Origin: an uncultured Methanosarcinales archaeon | GTDB taxonomy: Archaea > Nanobdellota > Nanobdellia > Woesearchaeales > JAGVZT01 | DNA length: 51,563 nucleotides | Direction of reading: 5' to 3' | NCBI GenBank assembly: GCA_964419615.1 | Contig: CAYQPU010000007.1 | Span: forward strand, 1 to 51,563 | Shown here: piece after piece, positions 36,163 through 45,351 of the stretch | Numbering within the stretch: the first letter of the stretch is position 1 | Layout of the letters: each line of letters begins with the position of its first letter | The notes under the pieces: model-generated | The model's input: only the letters and a program-made list of their open reading frames with translations | Database searches by the model: none | What the model was told of the DNA's origin: nothing | Program-made: the position numbers and the translations under genes

Positions 36163-36756
36163 CTATACTGTTTGAAGAATATTTAATGTAGTTTGTTTTA
36201 ATGTCTTTACTTCATTACTAAACTCTTTGTTTAGTGTTCTTTTATACAAAGATTCACAGATTCCCTTCCCAACATTTTCCATCTCCATTGATAGACAAGC
36301 ATAAGCTGCAACAGCACCTATTCCTCCAACTCCTCCAACTGATCCAGCTATCCATGGTCCTACATCTTGAGCAACAAAGATTCCAAACAAAGCACCTGCA
36401 ACAGCGCCAATTACATAGCCTATGCCCAGTGCGACAAATGGCCCATTATTACCAGCCCTTATGTATTCTCCCCTGCGTTTCCAGGAATGGTTTAATAATT
36501 GTCCAGGTTGCTTATTTTGATATAGTATTAATAGCTCATCAATATAATTGGTAATATGCCCCAGATTTGTTTGATCAACATCTAAATTTTCTAGTAAGGC
36601 TGATTCATCAGGTATGTCTTCTGAATTAACAACATAAGGATTTTGTTTATTGCCAATAATGTAGTGATAAACAATACTTGAGTCAATAACTGATTGATCT
36701 GGAACTTTTTCTCTTACTCTAGTATCAATTGTATTAAGGATTTTTCTAAGGCTCAT
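36163..36756 (-). CDS. Hypothetical membrane protein with a glycine-zipper hairpin
   Basis: GIGYVIGAVAGALFG...WIAGSVGGVGGIGAVAA. Confidence 0.75.
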   Translation of the reverse strand: MSLRKILNTIDTRVREKVPDQSVIDSSIVYHYIIGNKQNPYVVNSEDIPDESALLENLDVDQTNLGHITNYIDELLILYQNKQPGQLLNHSWKRRGEYIRAGNNGPFVALGIGYVIGAVAGALFGIFVAQDVGPWIAGSVGGVGGIGAVAAYACLSMEMENVGKGICESLYKRTLNKEFSNEVKTLKQTTLNILQTV

Positions 36757-36834
36757 AATATAGGGGAATATTACTGGGTATTTATTTGTTTTGAAACATA
36801 ACTACTCCTCAGAGGTAAGAAATTGGAAGTAGAA

Positions 36835-37008
36835 TCAGATTAACCCTGTTTTTTCTCTTTGCTCTTTTTTAGTTTCTCTTCTATACTTAGCATATTTATC
36901 TTCTAGTGTGTATTTGGGTGGTTTTGCTGATACTGCATCTCCACCACATTCACAAATAGATTTCATTGTGTATTTTGAGCATTTGCTGCATTTTAGAATT
37001 TGATTCAT
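36835..37008 (-). CDS. nop10: Nop10 (H/ACA RNP subunit, 57 aa, not in the track)
   Basis: MNQILKCSKCSKYTMKSICECGG...AKPPKYTLEDKYAKYRR; 4-nt overlap with aIF2-alpha in the conserved order. Confidence 0.92.
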   Translation of the reverse strand: MNQILKCSKCSKYTMKSICECGGDAVSAKPPKYTLEDKYAKYRRETKKEQREKTGLI

Positions 37009-37772
37009 TTTCTGGTGAAGCTACCATTTCCTTCAATAGAATTGATATGATCTATTGCAGATGTTGTTGCTTTTTCAAGTATTGCTTCTGCTCGTTTGTA
37101 GTCTGGAGCTTTGACTGTTATAAAATAATCTCCTGAACCTTTGTATCTTAAGGTTACTCCTTCCATTATTGCTTTTTTAAGAGTTTCTTTGATTATGCTG
37201 ACTCCATCAGGTTCGTAGCTGGTTAGATGAAGTTCTCCACCAATTTCCACTTCCTGAGGCTTAAATCTTTGCTTGACAATTTCTTCAATTTTGTCAGCTA
37301 CTTTTTTGTCAACTTTAAATTCAGAAAATGATGTTTCTTCTCCAACAATGTCTTGGAAAAATGTGTGAAGATCAGGAAATTTTTGAAATATTTCTTTTGT
37401 GATTTCTGCGTATAATTCTTTATAATTCTTTTTTAGAAGACCTGCTACATATTCAATTACTTTTTCTGCTTTTTGCTCTTGTTTTAATGCACTTATTTTG
37501 TTTCTTTTTTGAGATTCATTGACTCTTCTTAAAGAAAGATCGACTTGTCTTCGATCATGTTTAACTCTCAAAACTTTACATACTACCTTTTTACCTTCTT
37601 TAACATAGTCTCTTATGTTTCTTATTCTACCTGGGCTGATTTCAGAGATATGAATTAAACCATCTATTTGGTATTCATCCAGGAAAACAAAGACAGAATT
37701 ATGTTTAACGCTTGTTACAGTACAAAGAACTATGTCAGATTCATCTGGTAAGCCATGCTTTCTATAAAGCAT
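37005..37772 (-). CDS. eif2a: Translation initiation factor 2 alpha subunit
   Basis: S1 domain: P...DIV..TV, LDEY...GLIHISEISPGRIRNIRDYV, DLSLRRV. Confidence 0.96.
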   Translation of the reverse strand: MLYRKHGLPDESDIVLCTVTSVKHNSVFVFLDEYQIDGLIHISEISPGRIRNIRDYVKEGKKVVCKVLRVKHDRRQVDLSLRRVNESQKRNKISALKQEQKAEKVIEYVAGLLKKNYKELYAEITKEIFQKFPDLHTFFQDIVGEETSFSEFKVDKKVADKIEEIVKQRFKPQEVEIGGELHLTSYEPDGVSIIKETLKKAIMEGVTLRYKGSGDYFITVKAPDYKRAEAILEKATTSAIDHINSIEGNGSFTRK

Positions 37773-37981
37773 TAGTCAAGTACCTCGAGTATTCTTGATT
37801 TTACTTTAGATTTTCCACCCATTGGTGTTGCAAGAGATACTCCACATACAAGGCATTTAACCTCTGTTGCTGCTTTTCCAAATATTACTTGTTCATTTTT
37901 GCATTTAGAGCATCTGACTTTAATGAACTTTGAATTTGGGTCTTCTAGTTTTTTCATATTTAAAGAATAATCTGAGGTCAT
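37772..37981 (-). CDS. rps27e: 30S ribosomal protein S27e
   Basis: SKFIKVRC..C.NEQVIF.KA...V.C..CG..LA.P.GGK. Confidence 0.96.
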   Translation of the reverse strand: MTSDYSLNMKKLEDPNSKFIKVRCSKCKNEQVIFGKAATEVKCLVCGVSLATPMGGKSKVKSRILEVLD

Positions 37982-38056
37982 TTATAAATATATTGTTGGT
38001 TTATATATTAAATGGATAATACAGTTTTTGGTTAAGGACAAATAACGAAAACTTTA

Positions 38057-39148
38057 TCAAACATTAAATTTCTTTATTATTAGTTCACCATTTTCAAATT
38101 TGATTATGTATTCTCCGTTTTCTTTGAATTTTGTCAAATTTGTTACACTTTCTGGAAGCAAGATTCTTTCTCCTCTTAAGTCAAGGTGAGTTATGATTTC
38201 CTTGATTTTGCCTTCATGAGAGTTATCAACTCCAACTTCTCTTAAGATATCAGAGGTTTGGATTGCTTCTTTTTTGCCTGTTACAAATTCTTTAGTTTTA
38301 CTATGAAAGAATTTGGCTATTTTATCAGCAACATTAATACCTGTTGCTTTTGTGACTCCTTGTAAGCCAGGGCTTAGATTAACTTCAATTACTTGTGGGC
38401 CTTTTACTGATTCAAGTATGTCAACTGCACATACATCTGCACCAATGGCTTCAGCGCTTTTTACTGCAATTTTTCGTACTGCTGCTGTTGGTTTGTATGC
38501 CTCTCCTGTTCCACCTGCGTGAATGTTTGCTCTTTTTTCACCTTTAACTGCAATTCTTTTCATGCTAGCTACAACTTCATCCCCACATACTATTGCTCTG
38601 ATATCTGCACCACCTGTTTCAATGTATTCTTGAATTATGACTGGCTGGTTTAATATTGAAAGTGCATCTAACATAGAGGATGCAGATGCATAGCTATCTG
38701 TAAACATTACTCCTTTTCCCTGTGTGCCTGACGGGTATTTTAGAATGACAGGATAATTAACTTCTTTTAAGATTCCTTTTGCTGTTTCAACATTTGGACT
38801 TAGATATGTTGTTGGCATTGGAATATTGCTTCTTTGAAGTACAATGTGACTTAACCATTTATCATGACCAACTGTAAATGTTTCAGGATTTATTGGCATA
38901 TAGCATTTGTTGTGAAAAGCTTCTGTAATTGATCTTAAATGAAGTGGATAGCGAAAAGATCCTTTTACATATATGCAGTCATATTTTGGTAGATCCTTAC
39001 CATTATACTTTATTTGAAGTCCATCTTTACTAGTTTGGATTTCTATTGCTTTAAGATTAACATCATCAACTTCATCAAAGTAATTTCGCATGGCTTCGAC
39101 TGTCCAGATTGAACTTTTACTACCTAAACTTATTACTGCTCCCCTCAT
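38057..39148 (-). CDS. RimK/LysX-family ATP-grasp ligase with an AbrB-like C-terminal extension
   Basis: P.T, PVILK...GTQG.GV, IIQEYI, DIR..V, RANIHAGG, IEVN.SPG. The C-terminal ~45 aa resemble a swapped-hairpin domain. Confidence 0.88.
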   Translation of the reverse strand: MRGAVISLGSKSSIWTVEAMRNYFDEVDDVNLKAIEIQTSKDGLQIKYNGKDLPKYDCIYVKGSFRYPLHLRSITEAFHNKCYMPINPETFTVGHDKWLSHIVLQRSNIPMPTTYLSPNVETAKGILKEVNYPVILKYPSGTQGKGVMFTDSYASASSMLDALSILNQPVIIQEYIETGGADIRAIVCGDEVVASMKRIAVKGEKRANIHAGGTGEAYKPTAAVRKIAVKSAEAIGADVCAVDILESVKGPQVIEVNLSPGLQGVTKATGINVADKIAKFFHSKTKEFVTGKKEAIQTSDILREVGVDNSHEGKIKEIITHLDLRGERILLPESVTNLTKFKENGEYIIKFENGELIIKKFNV

Positions 39149-39507
39149 GATACATCAACAAGGAATCCTTGTTTAAGAATGTTTCGGCCAATTAACATTG
39201 GATATTTCATATGACTCCTATCTATAACTGTGAATTCTGCTTCAAATTCCCGATTTTTTAATTTTATTCTAATTCTAAAAACAGGTCTGATTGTTCTACC
39301 TGTAGCTGATTTGACCTTTCTGTCTCTTACTTTAGGTCCAAGTTTAAGCTCCTTTGCAAGGTTTTCATCAATTGAACACATACTTGCGCCTGTGTCAATT
39401 CTTGCTTTGATTACTTTCTTTTCTTTTTCTGATAGAATTATTACATCTTCTACTGCTTTTAAGATTATTTTGTCACAATTCTCAGACTCACTTTTACAGC
39501 ACGACAT
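39145..39507 (-). CDS. RimK-associated retropepsin-like protease
   Basis: ARIDTGA..CSID, V.SA.G...[17 protein letters not shown]. Confidence 0.88.
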   Translation of the reverse strand: MSCCKSESENCDKIILKAVEDVIILSEKEKKVIKARIDTGASMCSIDENLAKELKLGPKVRDRKVKSATGRTIRPVFRIRIKLKNREFEAEFTVIDRSHMKYPMLIGRNILKQGFLVDVS

Positions 39508-41383
39508 TTTTTATCTTTTTTAGTATTTTCTGATTTCCTTTCCAATCAAGTGCAACTTCTAAAACCTGATTAATGTTTTTAACTGGAATGATTTTGATTT
39601 TATTAAGTTTTTTCTTATCAACTATTATGTCTCTCATATTAGATTCAGGAACAATGATATGTTTTATGCCTGACTCGATTGCAGCTTCAACTTTGCTTGT
39701 TACACCGCCAACTGGCAGGACTTCACCTCTAACACTTAGACTACCTGTCATTGCATAATCTTGCTTAACAGGTATTTGTTTTAATGCACTGATAATTGCG
39801 GTTGCAACTGCTATTGATGCTGAGTCTCCCTCAACACCTTCGTAAGTTTGAAGGAATTGAACAAAGATATCATATTTGTCTCTTATATCTTCACCAAAGT
39901 AATTTTTTATAATTGCGGATACATTTATTACTGCTTCTCTGGCAATTTCACCAAGTTTTCCTGTTGCCTGAAATTCTTTTTGTTTTCCACCAGGTGTTAC
40001 TGCAGCAAGGATAGGAAGCATTATTCCAGAGTATGGTGGAGAAACACCTATGACTGCTAAACCATTTACACTTCCAATTTTTTTACCAGATGTTACAATG
40101 ATTCTATATTCTTTTTTCTTTTCAATGTATTTGTCTGAGATTTGTTGTTCTAAAGTTCTTGCAACTGATTTTGCTTCTACAACATGTTTTTTCTGGACTA
40201 GTTTTACACTTTCTTCTTTTGCTAAATCTCCTGCAGCTCTTACTAACCCACCAAGATCTCTTAATCTTAAAGTTAGATGTCCTTTTCTGTTTGATCTTCG
40301 TCTTGCTTCTTCGATTATTTCATCAACTGCTGATTTTGCAAAGTGAGGGATTTTTTTGTCCTTTCTGATTTCCTGTGCGACAAACACTGCTAATTTCCAC
40401 CTGTTTTCAGGTGTATCTTCCATTGTTTCATTCATATAGACTTCATAACCATATCCTCTTATTCTTGATCGAAGTGCAGGGTGCATACGTTTTAAAGTTT
40501 CATAATTCCCCGCTGCCACTAATATGAATTTACATGGAACAGGTTCTGTTCGAACCATTGCTCCAGCTGACCGTTCGCTTTTTCCAGTTATTGAATACTG
40601 GCCTTCTTGAAGTGCAGATAATAATTCTTGTTGTGTGTTTGGCTGCAAGGTTGCAATTTCATCTACAAATAAAACTCCCATGTTTGCTTTGTGTATCATT
40701 CCTGCAACAACTCTTTCATGAGCAGGAGTTCCAAGTCCACCTGTTTGAAATGGGTCATGTAGTACATCTCCAAGTAATGCACCTGCGTGTGCACCTGTTG
40801 CATCAAAAAAAGGAGCATTCTTTTTTCCAAAGTTATCAACAATTATTTTTGGCACAGGTGTTTTGTTTTGAATTTGCCTTTTTCCAAGGTTTAGAAAAAT
40901 CATAAATGAAGCTAAAAACACCATTCCTCCAAGGAAGAATGATGCAAACATGATAGCGCCTGCTGTAACTCCTAGTTCTTGTTTAAAATGATTAAGTCCC
41001 CACCATGGGGCAATCATAGATAAAATAACCAACGCAAACATGATTATATTTTGATTTCTAAAAAAGGACATGCCTTCCATTCTGGCTTTTGTGACATACT
41101 CCCGACCTTTTCCAGCAGCCATGGTTTTGATTGATGGTTGGTTTTCATCATTTGGGTTTGGAAATGATAGAATATCTCGCAGGCTTTGTTTAGGTAATAG
41201 TTCTGCTAGTCCAAGACCAAGCATGGATTTTCCAGTTCCAGGCTCACCAATTAATAGAACATGCCTTCGCTGCAATGCAGCTTTTTTCATTATGTTGACA
41301 GCAGTGTCTTGACCAATAACTTGATCAATAAGTTTTTTTGTTACTTTTATTCCACTGGTGTCTTTAAAAGTTCTTTTTACCAT
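39494..41383 (-). CDS. lonB: Membrane-anchored ATP-dependent Lon protease (LonB)
   Basis: GEPGTGKS, two TM helices inside the AAA+ domain, LFVDEI, catalytic GDSAS and KVEAA. Confidence 0.96.
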   Translation of the reverse strand: MVKRTFKDTSGIKVTKKLIDQVIGQDTAVNIMKKAALQRRHVLLIGEPGTGKSMLGLGLAELLPKQSLRDILSFPNPNDENQPSIKTMAAGKGREYVTKARMEGMSFFRNQNIIMFALVILSMIAPWWGLNHFKQELGVTAGAIMFASFFLGGMVFLASFMIFLNLGKRQIQNKTPVPKIIVDNFGKKNAPFFDATGAHAGALLGDVLHDPFQTGGLGTPAHERVVAGMIHKANMGVLFVDEIATLQPNTQQELLSALQEGQYSITGKSERSAGAMVRTEPVPCKFILVAAGNYETLKRMHPALRSRIRGYGYEVYMNETMEDTPENRWKLAVFVAQEIRKDKKIPHFAKSAVDEIIEEARRRSNRKGHLTLRLRDLGGLVRAAGDLAKEESVKLVQKKHVVEAKSVARTLEQQISDKYIEKKKEYRIIVTSGKKIGSVNGLAVIGVSPPYSGIMLPILAAVTPGGKQKEFQATGKLGEIAREAVINVSAIIKNYFGEDIRDKYDIFVQFLQTYEGVEGDSASIAVATAIISALKQIPVKQDYAMTGSLSVRGEVLPVGGVTSKVEAAIESGIKHIIVPESNMRDIIVDKKKLNKIKIIPVKNINQVLEVALDWKGNQKILKKIKNVVL

Positions 41384-41441
41384 CCATTTTAAGTTATAGA
41401 GAACTAATATTTAAAGATTGTCTATATATTATATTAAAATA

Positions 41442-41978
41442 TTAAGGTATTTTCTCAAGTTGCTTAACTAGATAATTGGTTTCATCAGATCCGGTCTTTT
41501 CTGTAGATGGATCTTGTGGAGCTCTGTCTTTATCAAGATTTACTTGAGCCATTGGTTTTATGTCAACTGGTTCCAAGCTTCTGGTTTGTTCCATTAACTG
41601 TAATTCTACTGTTGACATTTCTTCTTCAGATAATTGGCGAGGTTGCCAGGTTAGACCAACATTATCGTTTTCCATTCTGGGAATAATGTGTGTCATGAAG
41701 TGCGGTATTTGTTGGTGTGCTGATAGCCCGTTTTGCATAAGTACATTCACACCTTGAATATTCATTGATTCAAATATTGCTCTTGTTATTTTGTTTATTA
41801 CAATTCCATGATGTGCGATTTCATTATCTGGAATCTGTTCTAGAATTGTATAATGTTTTTTTGGAATAACTATTGTGTGGCCTGGATTTGCAGGTTGATC
41901 TGCAAGTATAGCAATTACTTTGTCATCTTCATAAATTTTCTTGCTTTTCTCTATCCATGCACATGCTTCGCAACTCAT
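41442..41978 (-). CDS. HIT-family protein (variant motif HFMTH)
   Basis: CEAC, PANPGHT.VIPK.H, Q.IPHFMTHIIPR. Confidence 0.88.
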   Translation of the reverse strand: MSCEACAWIEKSKKIYEDDKVIAILADQPANPGHTIVIPKKHYTILEQIPDNEIAHHGIVINKITRAIFESMNIQGVNVLMQNGLSAHQQIPHFMTHIIPRMENDNVGLTWQPRQLSEEEMSTVELQLMEQTRSLEPVDIKPMAQVNLDKDRAPQDPSTEKTGSDETNYLVKQLEKIP

Positions 41979-42695
41979 TTAAAATAACCCGCTTATTTTA
42001 TCTAAATCTGGTTTGTTTGGATTTTCTAGTTGATTAGGATGATTCTCTTGTTGTTGACTTTCTGGCTTTTGATTTTCAGGTGATTCTTTTGGAGATTCTT
42101 GTTTTTCTTCGGGTTCATCTTTATTTTCTGTAAATTCTGCATCAACAACTTTCTGCTCTATTTTTGCAGGTTTTGTGTCCAGGTCAATTGGATCTTTTTC
42201 TTCAATGCCAAATAGATTGTTTACTTTTTGTTTTATTTTTGATCTTAGTAATTCTTGATTATCTTCTGGAATTTGTGTCTTTTTTAATTCAAAGTCAAGT
42301 CCATCTCCTTCTTTTCTAGGTATGATATGAATCATGAAGTGAGGTGCTTTTTGACCAGCTGCCATTCCATTTGCAATAACAATGTTTGTTCCCTCTGCTT
42401 TGATACCTTTTAGTGTGGCTTGTGATAGGAATTTAACCATTGAGAATAAGTGGGATATTGTTTCGTCTGGAACTTGAGGCATTACTTGATAGTGTTCTTT
42501 TGTTAAAAGAAGAATGTGGCCTGGATTTGCAGGATTGATATCTAATATTGCCATGCATTTATCATCTTCATATATTTTTTTAGATGATACTTTTCCTTGC
42601 ACAATCTGACAGAAAATACAGTTTTGTTTTTGAAGCTCTGCTATTTGCTCAGGGCTCATATTCTTTAGATCTTCTTCTGTTACCTGCTGTTGCAT
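41979..42695 (-). CDS. HIT-family protein (variant motif HFMIH) with a low-complexity tail
   Basis: CIFCQI, LDINPANPGH, GQKAPHFMIHIIPR. Confidence 0.9.
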   Translation of the reverse strand: MQQQVTEEDLKNMSPEQIAELQKQNCIFCQIVQGKVSSKKIYEDDKCMAILDINPANPGHILLLTKEHYQVMPQVPDETISHLFSMVKFLSQATLKGIKAEGTNIVIANGMAAGQKAPHFMIHIIPRKEGDGLDFELKKTQIPEDNQELLRSKIKQKVNNLFGIEEKDPIDLDTKPAKIEQKVVDAEFTENKDEPEEKQESPKESPENQKPESQQQENHPNQLENPNKPDLDKISGLF

Positions 42696-42801
42696 ATAAC
42701 AAATAGAATAATAGAATTATTTAAATGTTAGTTTTTATTATGTTTTGTATATAAACTCCTCATTCAAAAGTTATTTAAAGACTTTTAGATTTGTGTGTTG
42801 C

Positions 42802-44988
42802 ATGTCTTATGAGTTAATTATTACTGAAAAGCCTAAGGCTGCAAACAAGATTGCAACTGCTCTTGCCGACGGTAAAGCTATTAGAAAAACCTATAAAAAA
42901 GTGGCTTACTATGAGGTTACTCATGGAAAAAAAGATTTAGTTGTTGCTTGTGCTGTTGGTCATTTGTATCAAGTTGCTGAAAAAAAGAAGGAAAAATTCA
43001 GTTATCCTATCTTTAATATTGACTGGAAAGCTTCTCATTTAATTAATAAATCCTCTAAATTTACAAAAAAATATCTTGATGCCTTAAAAAAGCTTAGCAA
43101 AGATGCTGATTCCTTTACTGTGGCAACAGACTATGATATTGAGGGAGAAGTTATTGGTTATAATGTTGTAACTCAAATATGTAAGCAAAAAGATGCGGCA
43201 AGGATGAAATTTAGTACTTTAACCAAAAAAGAATTAAGAGAAGCTTATGATCATAAAGATAAGACTATTAATTGGGGTCAGGCTAATGCAGGTATTGCTA
43301 GACATTTCTTAGATTGGATGTATGGTATTAATTTGTCAAGAGCTTTGACTTCTAGTTTAAAAAAAGCTGGTTTGTTTAAAATTTTAAGTTCAGGCAGAGT
43401 TCAAGGCCCTGCCTTAAAGATTATTGTAGATAGAGAAAAAGATATTAAAAAGTTTGTTCCTGAACCTTATTGGCAAGTTGAATTACAAGGTAGTGTCCAG
43501 AATGGACCTGTCAATGCTTGGCATGAGAAGGACAAGTTTTGGAAAGAAAAAGAGGTTAAGTTAGTTTTAGAAAAGACAAAAGGACAAAAGGCTATTGTTA
43601 AAGATATAACTAAAAAAGAATTTAAGCAAAAACCACCAACACCTTTTGATTTAACAACTTTGCAGACTGAAGCTTACAAACTTTTCAAAATTAGCCCTAA
43701 GGATTTGTTAAGTTTAGCTCAAAACTTGTACGTTGCAGGATGTATTTCTTATCCTAGAACTTCTTCTCAGAAATTGCCTGAGGCAATTGGTTATAAGAAA
43801 ATATTGAATAAGCTTGCTAAACAAAAGCAGTATAAAGAACTGTGCGAAAAATTGGTTAAGACAAAACTTAAACCTGAAGAAGGTAAGAAAACTGATGCTG
43901 CACATCCAGCTATTTATCCAACTGGTGAATTACCAAAATCTTTGGAAGATAGAGAGCTAAAGATATATGATTTGATTGTTAAGAGATTTATGGCTGTGTT
44001 TGGAGAGCCTGCTAAGAGACAATCAATGAGTGTGTTTATTGATGTTAATAAAGAGATTTTTGTTGCCAAAGGAACTATTACTATTGAAAAAGGCTGGCAT
44101 GTTTATTATGATCCTTATGTTAAACTTAAAGAAGAAGAGCTTCCTAAGGTTGAAAAAGGAGAAGAGGTTATTGTTAAGAAGATTATCAAGCATGATAAAG
44201 AAACCCAACCTCCAAAAAGATATACTCCTGCATCCATTATTAAGGAGCTTGCAAAAAGAAACTTAGGAACTAAATCTACAAGGGCAAATATTATTGAGAC
44301 ACTATATAATAGAGATTATATTACAGGTACACCAATTGAAGCTACTAAGTTAGGTATTATTATTGCAGATACTCTTGAAAAGCATTCTCCTTTGATAGTT
44401 GATGAAGAATTAACTAAGAAGTTTGAAGAGGAAATGCAAGAGGTTAGAGATAAGAAGAAAAGCAAAGATGAAGTTATTGATGAGGCAAAGGAAGTGCTGA
44501 CAAAAGTTCTTGCCGAGTTTAAGAGTCATGAGGATGTAATTGGAAAAGAGCTTGCATTTGCAAAGATTGAGCATGATGATAAGAGTAGAACTATTGGTAA
44601 TTGTACTAAGTGTGATAGTGACCTTGTTTTAAAAAGAGGTAAGTATGGTCAGTTTATTGCATGCAAGAGTTATCCTGAATGTAAAGAGACTTTTAGTTTA
44701 CCTAATAATGCTCTGCCAAAACCTTCAGATAAAACTTGTGATGAATGTTTAAATCCAATGATCAAATTGATTAGAAAAAGAAAAAAACCTCAGGAGATTT
44801 GTATAAATAAAGAGTGTCCATCTAAACATGTTGAAGCAGAAGAGATTGATAAGAAATGTCCAAAGTGCGAATCTGAACTAATCTTAAGAAAAAGTGTTTA
44901 TGGTAGTTTTTATGGGTGCAAAGGTTATCCTAAGTGTAGATATACTCTTGCTGTTAATGGTAAAAAAGAAGATAAAAAAGAAAAATAG
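42802..44988 (+). CDS. topA: Type IA DNA topoisomerase with C-terminal Zn ribbons
   Basis: ITEKP, ATDYDIEGE, GRVQ, catalytic SYPRT, AHPAIYPT, GTKSTR, and three Cys4 ribbons. Confidence 0.96.
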   Translation: MSYELIITEKPKAANKIATALADGKAIRKTYKKVAYYEVTHGKKDLVVACAVGHLYQVAEKKKEKFSYPIFNIDWKASHLINKSSKFTKKYLDALKKLSKDADSFTVATDYDIEGEVIGYNVVTQICKQKDAARMKFSTLTKKELREAYDHKDKTINWGQANAGIARHFLDWMYGINLSRALTSSLKKAGLFKILSSGRVQGPALKIIVDREKDIKKFVPEPYWQVELQGSVQNGPVNAWHEKDKFWKEKEVKLVLEKTKGQKAIVKDITKKEFKQKPPTPFDLTTLQTEAYKLFKISPKDLLSLAQNLYVAGCISYPRTSSQKLPEAIGYKKILNKLAKQKQYKELCEKLVKTKLKPEEGKKTDAAHPAIYPTGELPKSLEDRELKIYDLIVKRFMAVFGEPAKRQSMSVFIDVNKEIFVAKGTITIEKGWHVYYDPYVKLKEEELPKVEKGEEVIVKKIIKHDKETQPPKRYTPASIIKELAKRNLGTKSTRANIIETLYNRDYITGTPIEATKLGIIIADTLEKHSPLIVDEELTKKFEEEMQEVRDKKKSKDEVIDEAKEVLTKVLAEFKSHEDVIGKELAFAKIEHDDKSRTIGNCTKCDSDLVLKRGKYGQFIACKSYPECKETFSLPNNALPKPSDKTCDECLNPMIKLIRKRKKPQEICINKECPSKHVEAEEIDKKCPKCESELILRKSVYGSFYGCKGYPKCRYTLAVNGKKEDKKEK

Positions 44989-45075
44989 CTATTTTTAATG
45001 TTGTTCTCAAATATATATGTACAAAAGAAACTTTTAAATATTAGTAATTAGTAAAATTAAATGGGGTGGAAGTAA

Positions 45076-45315
45076 GTGCCAAAAAAAGATGTTTTAGGCA
45101 TTGTGAGTTTTATATTAGGTTTACTTAGTATCCCACTTTCTTTTAGGTTAACGGGTCCGCCCGTTGCTGTGCTTGGAATTGTGTTTTCAATACTACAAAA
45201 CAGAAAAAAGGATTCTAAGTATGCTTCTATTGGAATGGTTTTGAGTTTGATTGGAATTTTGCTGTTTTGGCTGGTTTGGATATTGAGTTTGACTGTTGTG
45301 CCAAGTGTTATATGA
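45076..45315 (+). CDS. Small membrane protein (2-3 TM)
   Basis: GIVSFILGLLSI...GIVFS......K.A.IG..LS.IGI pattern; GTG start. Confidence 0.7.
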   Translation: MPKKDVLGIVSFILGLLSIPLSFRLTGPPVAVLGIVFSILQNRKKDSKYASIGMVLSLIGILLFWLVWILSLTVVPSVI

Positions 45316-45351
45316 CACAAGTAATTTAAACCCTGAAACATTATTGAATAT

